NCBI GenBank assembly: GCA_035759585.1
Contig: DASTUP010000187.1
Coordinates: 36,157-100,156, forward strand
DNA: 64,000 nucleotides
Direction: 5' to 3'
Origin: Gemmatimonadales bacterium
Lineage (GTDB): Bacteria; Gemmatimonadota; Gemmatimonadetes; Gemmatimonadales; GWC2-71-9
The notes beneath the pieces are model-generated. The model made no database searches. It had not been told where the DNA came from and saw nothing but the letters and a program-made list of their open reading frames with translations. The position numbers and the translations under genes were made by a program. Below, piece by piece: positions 33,009-40,007 of this stretch (the stretch's first letter is position 1; each line of letters starts with the position of its first letter).

Positions 33009-35722
33009 GCGAGCTCGAGCACGCCGAACCGCTCGGGCGCCTGGCGGTCTCCCCGCAGCCAGACCCAGCCACCGCCTCCGGTCCATACGAGCTGGCCGGC
33101 CCGGCGCTCGCGCCCGCTTCGCATTTCGTTCACGAGGAGGTCAAAGTCGACGATTCCGAGGTCACGCACCTCGTCCCAGAACGGAGGCGAGAGCGCGAGC
33201 GTGATGCGATAGCCGGTTGCAGTCCCGCTCCACCCCGCCCGTACGTCGTCGGGACTCCCGGCGGTATCCGACACGGGGCTCACGCGCACGCCTCCTCCGA
33301 CCTCAGGCACCGCAAGCACGCCCCACGCCGGCCCGCCGGCCGCGCGCAGGTACACCTGGATGCCGTCGGAGTGAATGTCGTCGACCTCGTTGTCGAACCG
33401 GAGCGGCGGAGCGGCGGCGGGACGAAAGGCGGGGTCCGCCTTGACGACGTCGACCGCGACGTAAAGCGCGTCCTCGTCCCAGAGCAGCCGCGCCGACGCG
33501 CTGAACTCCTCGAGCCCCGCGTACGGCTCCTCGCTGCGGCGATACTGGTCGTCGTGATCGAGATGGATCATGGCCGAGCCGGCGAAATCGGCATCCGATC
33601 CATCGACGGCCGGCGCGTGAGCGGCGAACGGAACCGTCGCATGTTCCCGCAGCGCGCGCTGGCGCGTGATCAGGGGCTCGAACTCGCGTTCAGGTGCGCG
33701 AATGCCGCCGAGGCGAACCGAGCCGGCGGCGCTGCGAATATCCCACCCTTCGAGGAGCGCGGAGTGGACATCGGTGCCGGCCTCCGTATCGACTTCAATC
33801 GAGGTGCCACTTACGCGGATCCCACGAATGGCATCTGCGCGAAAGCCGATCACGGCCACGAGCTGCGCGCCCGGCGCGCGAACCCGCTCCAGCAGGAAGG
33901 TTCTCCTGGAGTGCCCGCCGGGAACGGGGGGACATTCGCCGCGAAGGAGCGCCGCGCCCGGGGCGAAGTGGAGCGTCAGGGTCCGGCCGTCGCGCTCGCC
34001 GCGCACAGCGAGCGGCCCGCTCGCCGACGGGACGAAACGCTCGACGCTCGAGACGAACGAGCTCTCGATCGCATCGGGCACCCAGGCGCCGGGCGAAACG
34101 ACGTCGGCGCGATCGAGGTGCCACGGGAGCTCGAGGGTCCGCTCGCCCTCCGCATTCAGCTCGAGCACGTCGATGACGTAATCCGGGCCCGACACGGCGG
34201 TACGCGTGACCGGTCCCCAGGTGCCGCGAACCCAGGACCAGTCCTCGCCCGCCTGGAAGGCGGTGCAGCTCGCGTCGCCGCCGGGCTGTGAAGTGCCGTC
34301 GAGCAGCGGTGCGTTGTGCGCGAGCGTGGACCGGTACCAGAAGAGATCACCCGAGACGTAGGAGCCGGTTCCGAAATCGGGAAGCCAGTGAACGCCTCCG
34401 GCGTGGATCGAAAGGTGGAGGCGGTCGGGGTGGCCGTGCCCGCCAGTCCAGTCGCCGCACTCGAGACTCACGTACCGGTCGCCGCGGCGCAGCACGGCCA
34501 GGCCGGCATACGGCAGGAACGCACTCACCGCGCGCACTTCTCCGCCTTCCGGCAGCGCGGGCGTCATCTCGAGGAGCGCATTCCACGAAAGATCCGCACG
34601 GGTACGCCGGGCGCGAGCCGGAAGGCCCGCCTCATAGAGCCACGAATCGAAGGCGTTCGCCGCCGGGGCCGGCGCGGCGTAGAGCGACCTGATCCACCCG
34701 CCGACATCGACGAGCGCTTCGCCCGATTCGCTCATGATCCCGAGTCCCCGCTCCCACAGCTCGATGTACATCGGCTGAGCGAGCGAGACCGCAAAGCGGG
34801 AATCCTTGCGCGCCGGAAACGTCAGGTCGGGCAACGCCGTGCGGATCGGTGCCCGGAGCGCCGCGGCGATCCGCCCGGCGAGCTCGGGATCACCGAGGGG
34901 ATCGACGCCGGCGGAGCGCGCCCAGCGCAGCCCGGTGAGCGCGCCCTGCAGCGCAAAGAGGTGGTAATTCTCGCCTTCGTGCCACGTGCCGTCGCTCGCA
35001 AAGCCATGCGCGAAATGGGCGAGCAGGCCCGACTCGCTCTCGATGGCACGTCCCGCCAGCTCTTCGTCCTCGAACCAGACGCCGATCGCCGCGAGCGCTG
35101 CGTTGTGCCAGGTCTGCCGGTTGGAGAATCCTTCATTGAACTCTCCGATGATGGCCGCCGCTTCGTCCGCCACCGAGGACACGACCTCGATCGTTCCCTC
35201 CCCGAGTCGCCCGCTCTCCCGGAGCAGGACGGCAGCGGCGAGGTAATTCGTGATCCAGATCGACTCGAGATAGGTGGAGAAGAAGAGGTGGGACGGACCG
35301 AGGACGTTGTCCAGATTCGGCAGCGAGGCATAGTGCGCATAGGCCGCGAGGATGTCGTCCGCACGGGCGGAGGCCGCCTCGTCCGGCGCCATGACCCCGA
35401 TGGCCGCAAGCTCGGCAGCCTGCTCGGCCAGCCACAGGTGCTGGAAGCGGGCCCAGTGCCGGTTGTGCCGCTCACCGGAAAACGTGCGGCGGCACTGCGG
35501 GCACAGATGATCCGCCGGCGCCCACGGATCGAAGAGCAGCTGCGTGCCATCCTCGGGGCAGACACCGCCGTCCTGCGAGAGCAGCGCCTTGACCTGCGGC
35601 ACGTGCGGCATTTCCAGGACGGTGCGGGCGCCTCGCCGCTGCATGGCGGCGAGGAGCGATTCGAGATCGGCGTTTCCCGCAACCATCGCTGCCCGCGTTT
35701 CCAGCTCTTCCGTCGTCACCAC
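33005..35722 (-). CDS. Heparinase II/III-like (alpha/alpha-toroid lyase fold) protein with N-terminal Cys4 ribbon and C-terminal CBM9/DOMON-like domain
   Basis: About 905 aa from GTG 35722 (or 35719). Contains CPEDGTQLLFDPWAPADHLCPQCRR, NRQTWHNAA, DGTWHEGENYHLFA, GHGHPDRLHL and YRSTLAHNAPLLDG. The C-terminal part has LLWDEDALYVAVDVVKADP...DDIHSDGIQVYL. Confidence 0.75.
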   Translation of the reverse strand: MVTTEELETRAAMVAGNADLESLLAAMQRRGARTVLEMPHVPQVKALLSQDGGVCPEDGTQLLFDPWAPADHLCPQCRRTFSGERHNRHWARFQHLWLAEQAAELAAIGVMAPDEAASARADDILAAYAHYASLPNLDNVLGPSHLFFSTYLESIWITNYLAAAVLLRESGRLGEGTIEVVSSVADEAAAIIGEFNEGFSNRQTWHNAALAAIGVWFEDEELAGRAIESESGLLAHFAHGFASDGTWHEGENYHLFALQGALTGLRWARSAGVDPLGDPELAGRIAAALRAPIRTALPDLTFPARKDSRFAVSLAQPMYIELWERGLGIMSESGEALVDVGGWIRSLYAAPAPAANAFDSWLYEAGLPARARRTRADLSWNALLEMTPALPEGGEVRAVSAFLPYAGLAVLRRGDRYVSLECGDWTGGHGHPDRLHLSIHAGGVHWLPDFGTGSYVSGDLFWYRSTLAHNAPLLDGTSQPGGDASCTAFQAGEDWSWVRGTWGPVTRTAVSGPDYVIDVLELNAEGERTLELPWHLDRADVVSPGAWVPDAIESSFVSSVERFVPSASGPLAVRGERDGRTLTLHFAPGAALLRGECPPVPGGHSRRTFLLERVRAPGAQLVAVIGFRADAIRGIRVSGTSIEVDTEAGTDVHSALLEGWDIRSAAGSVRLGGIRAPEREFEPLITRQRALREHATVPFAAHAPAVDGSDADFAGSAMIHLDHDDQYRRSEEPYAGLEEFSASARLLWDEDALYVAVDVVKADPAFRPAAAPPLRFDNEVDDIHSDGIQVYLRAAGGPAWGVLAVPEVGGGVRVSPVSDTAGSPDDVRAGWSGTATGYRITLALSPPFWDEVRDLGIVDFDLLVNEMRSGRERRAGQLVWTGGGGWVWLRGDRQAPERFGVLELA

Positions 35723-36717
35723 CGGCGCACTCCTTCCGCGCTCCACGAGAATGCAAGCGGCTGCGCGCCGATCGAGCGCGCGGCCTCGGCCACCGCGTCC
35801 GCGCGGCCCGGTGCTATGAAGAACATCGATCCCCCTGCGCCCGCCCCGGCCGCCTTCCCGCCGATCGCGCCGCTGCGGCGAGCCGCGGCCTCGAGCTCGG
35901 CCATGCGCCCGGTGCGCATACCGGCATCGAGCGCCTGCTGGTGCCTCCAGTTCACGTCGAGCAGCATCGCGACGCGGCCGAGATCGGCAGCCGCGAGCGC
36001 CTCCCGCATTGCGAATGCGGCATCCCTGAGCCCCGCGAGGGCGCCGGTGATGGCGCGCTCGCCGCGCTCGCACGCGCTCATGACCCGCGCGATCGTTTCG
36101 CCCGAGACGCGCGAGGTTCCGGTGTAGCAGAGGACCACGCTGCGACCCAGCTCCTCCATGAACGCCACGTCGAGGGCGAGCGGCTGCGCGACGACGCCGT
36201 CCGGGCCGAACGTCATCGCCTGAAATCCGCCGAGCGCTGCCGCATACTGATCCTGACGGCCGCCCGGGTGGCCCGCCTCCACCGCTTCCATGCGCCACGC
36301 ACGCTCGGCGATCTCCAGCTCCGAGGGTGCTTCACCTCGCGCGTATGCGAGCGAGGCGACGATCGCCACGCCCAGCGCGCCGGACGAGCCGAGGCCCGAG
36401 CCCTGCGGCACTTCGGAGCGGGTCACGAGCGTCGCGGGGCCTACCGGCATCGCGCGCACACCGGCTTCGAGAAGGGGGAGGTCCCCGTTGCCGATGCGCG
36501 CTCCATCCGGCCGGAGCTCGACCTGCGTGCCGAGATCTTCCGAGAGCAGGTGCACGGCATCGCCGCCGGGCAGCACGTTCACATGCACGCGGAGCGAGAT
36601 CGACGCCGTGACGACCGCACCTCCCTCACGTTCCGAGTAAGGCGGAACGTCGGTCCAGCCGCCCGCGAAATCGAGCCGGACCGGTGCTGCGGCGTGGGCC
36701 CGCCGCATCACGCTCAC
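35716..36717 (-). CDS. GHMP-family sugar kinase
   Basis: 333 aa, GTG start. Contains PVRLDFAGGWTDV, PQGSGLGSSGALGVAIV and GGKAAGAGAGGSMFF. Confidence 0.85.
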   Translation of the reverse strand: MSVMRRAHAAAPVRLDFAGGWTDVPPYSEREGGAVVTASISLRVHVNVLPGGDAVHLLSEDLGTQVELRPDGARIGNGDLPLLEAGVRAMPVGPATLVTRSEVPQGSGLGSSGALGVAIVASLAYARGEAPSELEIAERAWRMEAVEAGHPGGRQDQYAAALGGFQAMTFGPDGVVAQPLALDVAFMEELGRSVVLCYTGTSRVSGETIARVMSACERGERAITGALAGLRDAAFAMREALAAADLGRVAMLLDVNWRHQQALDAGMRTGRMAELEAAARRSGAIGGKAAGAGAGGSMFFIAPGRADAVAEAARSIGAQPLAFSWSAEGVRRW

Positions 36718-38159
36718 TCGATGCGCCAGTCGGCGAGCCCGGCGAGCTCACCACGGAGATCCATGCGCACGTTCCGGATGCGGCGGTTCATTCCCTGCAG
36801 GCCCCGTGCATGATAGAGAAAGACCACCGGGAGCGAGTCGGCGAGCAGCTGCTGCGCCGCCTCGGGACGCGGCGGCGCAGGCATTCCCGCAAGCTCGGCG
36901 AGCGGCGGAAGGTAGCCGAGCGAAAGGTCACCCGGAATGCCGAGCACGGCGGCTTCGAACTGGGGCCGCGGCCCGTATACGCGATCGAGGAACGCGGAGA
37001 GCTCGAGCTGGCGAATCGTCACCTCGAATCCGGCGCGGGCAAGCTGGGCCTGGATCATCTGCTCGAGTGCCGCCTCGCCGCTGCCTACCGTGAGGAGCTC
37101 GAAGCTCGGCCGCGCACCGTCCAGCAGCGCAGCAGCCGAGTCGGCATCGACCGGCGGGGCGTCGGCGACGATCGCGCCCGGTGCGTCAGGAGGCACGCCA
37201 CTGCCGGCCGGGGTGCCGAACCCGTAGAGGTAGCCATCCACGATCTCGATCCGGTCGAGCGCGAGGGAGAGTGCCCGGCGAATGGCGAGAGCGTCGAACG
37301 GCGGATTTCGAGTATTGAGCACGATTCCGTAGGTGAACAGCAGCGGATAGCTGAGGACCGCGAGCCGCTCGTCCTCCTCGACGAACGATGCGTGCGCCGG
37401 CTGGATCCCTGCAAAGTCCAGCTCCCCGGAGGTGAGTGCGGCGAGCTTGGTCGTGGGCTCATCGACGACGACCACGATGAACCGCTCGGCGTCCGGCCGC
37501 CCGAGCCCTGCCGGAAACTTTTCGTTGCGCTCGAAGACCCAGCGGCGGTTCGGCTCGTGCGCCACGAAGCGGAACGGCCCGTTCCCCACCGGCCGTTCGT
37601 TGAATTCCGCCTGGCGGAGCCGCGCGGGAGGAATCGAATCGAGCAGGTGTGCCGGCAGGATGGCCAGATCGGTGAGGACGTCGGGAAGCGTGACGGCCGG
37701 AGCGGCGAAGCGTATGACGAGCGTCGTGTCGTCCGGTGCATCGACGCTGCGGATGGCCGCGAGCTCCGTGAGCCGCGGGTAGCCGGTGGCCGGATCGAGT
37801 GCCGTCCGAAGCGTCCACTCGGCGTCCTGCGCCCTCGTCGGGGTCCCGTCGTGCCACGCGATGTCGGAGCGGATCCGGAAGGTGAGCGTCATCCGGTCCG
37901 GCGACCAGGTCCACTCTCGCGCGAGGTAGGGTCGCGCGACGAGCGCGGAGTCGTACTGCGCGAGGGTGGTGAACAGCACGTAGCGCTGCACCTGGCGCGC
38001 CAGCGGATGGACGGTCAGCAGCGGGTTGATGCTCTGCAGGTCGGCGCCCGACGCGAAGAGAACGGTGCCTCCGCGGCGCTCGGCCACGGATCCGCACGCC
38101 GCTGCCACGAGGACGAGCCAGGGAAGCCAGGAGCGGGGAGAGCGATGATGGGGAAGCAC
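36714..38159 (-). CDS. ABC transporter substrate-binding lipoprotein, family 5 (peptide/nickel/oligosaccharide type)
   Basis: 481 aa from GTG 38159. VLPHHRSPRSWLPWLVLVAAACGS carries a lipobox. Contains WHDGTPTRAQD, GNGPFRF and LNTRNPPFD. Confidence 0.8.
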   Translation of the reverse strand: MLPHHRSPRSWLPWLVLVAAACGSVAERRGGTVLFASGADLQSINPLLTVHPLARQVQRYVLFTTLAQYDSALVARPYLAREWTWSPDRMTLTFRIRSDIAWHDGTPTRAQDAEWTLRTALDPATGYPRLTELAAIRSVDAPDDTTLVIRFAAPAVTLPDVLTDLAILPAHLLDSIPPARLRQAEFNERPVGNGPFRFVAHEPNRRWVFERNEKFPAGLGRPDAERFIVVVVDEPTTKLAALTSGELDFAGIQPAHASFVEEDERLAVLSYPLLFTYGIVLNTRNPPFDALAIRRALSLALDRIEIVDGYLYGFGTPAGSGVPPDAPGAIVADAPPVDADSAAALLDGARPSFELLTVGSGEAALEQMIQAQLARAGFEVTIRQLELSAFLDRVYGPRPQFEAAVLGIPGDLSLGYLPPLAELAGMPAPPRPEAAQQLLADSLPVVFLYHARGLQGMNRRIRNVRMDLRGELAGLADWRIE

Positions 38160-38176
38160 CCGGTCAATGTACCGGG
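38159..38176. promoter_or_regulatory. Inverted repeat in the 46-bp divergent control region
   Basis: CCCGGT-CAATGT-ACCGGG (6-bp arms) between the SBP GTG (38159) and the permease ATG (38206). TATGAT lies at 38193..38198, 7 nt before the permease ATG. Confidence 0.35.
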
Positions 38177-38205
38177 CAACTTGGCGCCGCGGTATGATTG
38201 TCACG

Positions 38206-39180
38206 ATGGCTCGTCGACTCCTCATCCAGCTGCTGCGCGGCATTGCGGTCGTCGCGGGCGTCGTCACGCTCACCTTCGTGCTCTTGCGCCTTGCGCCGGG
38301 AGATCCCGCGGAGCGGCTGCTTGGCCCTGCCGCGACTGCGGAGCAGGTGGCGGCGCAGCGCGCCGAGCTCGGCCTCGACGAACCGCTGCCGGCGCAGTAT
38401 GCGGCGTGGGTCGCGCGCGTGGCGCGGGGAGACTGGGGAACGAGCATCGCGACGGGGCGACCGGTGCGCGAGCTCATCGGCGCCGCGTGGCCGGCCACGG
38501 TGCGGCTCGTCGGCCTTTCCCTGCTGCTCAGCTACCTGATCGGCATCGTGATCGGCGCGATCCAGGCGGCGCGCGGCGGCACCGCGCTCGACACCGCGCT
38601 TTCGGTCACGACCGTGACGCTCTTCGCAATGCCCGGATACTGGCTCGGCCTCGTCCTCGTCATGGTCTTCGCCTACGGCCTGCGGGCGCTGCCGGCGTTC
38701 GGCGCAGCCGGGCTCGACGCGGATTTCCTCTCGCCCGGCGCGCGCTTCGTCGATTCGCTGCGCCATCTCGCGCTGCCGCTCGCCACCCTCACGCTCATCG
38801 GCATCGGCGGCACGGCGCGCTTCGTCCGCGCGTCGATGCTCGAGCTGCGCCGGGCGCCGTTCATCACCGTCGCAGAGTCGAAGGGAATCGACGGTCGCCG
38901 GATCCTTTTCCAGCATGTGCTCCGGAATGCGCTCATTCCGGTGGTCACGCTGCTCGGGCTCTCGCTTCCCGCTCTCTTCTCCGGCGCGGTCTTCGTCGAA
39001 GCGATCTTCGCGTGGCCGGGCGTCGGACGGGTGCTCGTCGAAGGCGTGCAGGCGCGCGACTACCCGGTCGTGATGGCAGCGACGTCCATCAGCGCAATCC
39101 TCGTCGTCGCCGGAAACCTCCTGGCCGAGCTCGGCGCTGCGCGCGTCGACCCACGGTTGCGGTCGAGCGAAGCGGGATGA
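38206..39180 (+). CDS. ABC transporter permease (DppB/OppB-like)
   Basis: 324 aa from ATG 38206 (MARRLLIQLLRGIAVVAGVVTLTFVLLRLAPGDPA). Contains the EAA-type loop SKGIDGRRILFQHVLRNAL. Alternative ATG at 38194. Confidence 0.85.
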   Translation: MARRLLIQLLRGIAVVAGVVTLTFVLLRLAPGDPAERLLGPAATAEQVAAQRAELGLDEPLPAQYAAWVARVARGDWGTSIATGRPVRELIGAAWPATVRLVGLSLLLSYLIGIVIGAIQAARGGTALDTALSVTTVTLFAMPGYWLGLVLVMVFAYGLRALPAFGAAGLDADFLSPGARFVDSLRHLALPLATLTLIGIGGTARFVRASMLELRRAPFITVAESKGIDGRRILFQHVLRNALIPVVTLLGLSLPALFSGAVFVEAIFAWPGVGRVLVEGVQARDYPVVMAATSISAILVVAGNLLAELGAARVDPRLRSSEAG

Positions 39181-40007
39181 GGGCCCTGCTGCGGGACGGA
39201 CGCGCGCGATTCGGACTCGCCGTGCTTCTCGGCATGACGCTCCTTGCGATCTGCGCCCCGCTCGTCAGCACGATCGGGCCGACCGAGCAGCGGGACGTGG
39301 TGGTGACGCGGTTCCTCGCCCCATTCACGACCGACGTGCACGGGGTCCTGCATCCACTCGGCACCGATCGGCTGGGCCGGGACGTCTGGGCCCGGCTCGT
39401 GCACGGCGCGCGCATCTCGCTCGGCGTGGGCGCCCTGGCCATCCTCATCTCGACGGCGCTCGGCATCGGCATCGGCGCGATTGCCGGCGTATGGCGAGGC
39501 GGCATCCGGGCGGCGCTGCTCGGCCTGACCGACTTCGCGCTCGCCCTGCCGCGCGTGGTGCTCCTGCTTCTGCTCGCCGCCCTTTGGCGGCCGAGCGCCC
39601 TGCTGGTGGTCATCGTGCTCGGACTCACCGGATGGATGAGCGTCGCCCGTCTCGTCTATGCGGAATCGCGCTCGCTCATGGCTCGACCGTTCGTCGATGG
39701 TGCGCTGGCACTCGGCGCCGCGAAGGGGCGGGTGCTGACGCGGCACATCGTCCCGAACGCCGTCACGCCCGCCCTCGTCGCTGCGGCGCTCGGATTCGGC
39801 AATGCGATCATGCTCGAGGCGGGGCTCTCGTTTCTCGGCATCGGCGTGCAGCCGCCGGCGGCATCGTGGGGCTCGATGATCGCGTCGGGGAGGGACACGC
39901 TCGTCAATGCGCCGTGGGTCGCGCTCGCGCCAGGGGTGGCGCTGGTGCTGGTCGTGGTTGCAGCGACGCTGGTGGGGGATGCCGTGCAGGACTGGCGGGG
40001 AGCTTGA
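39177..40007 (+). CDS. ABC transporter permease (DppC/OppC-like)
   Basis: 276 aa. ATGA overlap with the preceding permease. Contains HPLGTDRLGRDVWARLVHGARISL and ALGAAKGRVLTRHIVPNAV. It is the C-terminal part of the 1107-aa track ORF. Confidence 0.85.
   Translation: MRALLRDGRARFGLAVLLGMTLLAICAPLVSTIGPTEQRDVVVTRFLAPFTTDVHGVLHPLGTDRLGRDVWARLVHGARISLGVGALAILISTALGIGIGAIAGVWRGGIRAALLGLTDFALALPRVVLLLLLAALWRPSALLVVIVLGLTGWMSVARLVYAESRSLMARPFVDGALALGAAKGRVLTRHIVPNAVTPALVAAALGFGNAIMLEAGLSFLGIGVQPPAASWGSMIASGRDTLVNAPWVALAPGVALVLVVVAATLVGDAVQDWRGA

Noticed and set aside
35723-36298. Long N-terminal extensions of track ORFs (for example heparinase-like 35723..36298, GH38 42660..42986, permease 8805..9233, enolase 27955..28281, moxR 49686..50486, thiE 59524..60249)
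   Set aside because: The extensions overlap the preceding gene in another frame and are Arg/Gly/Pro-rich. Downstream in-frame starts exist with an SD or with 4-nt stop/start coupling at the point where family similarity begins.
36684-39176. N-terminal ~830 codons of the 1107-aa plus-strand ORF 36684..40007
   Set aside because: Only the last 276 codons (from ATG 39177, ATGA-coupled to the preceding permease) look like a DppC-type permease. The rest is antisense to the SBP gene or out of frame over the DppB-like gene, and it is Arg/Gly/Ala-rich.
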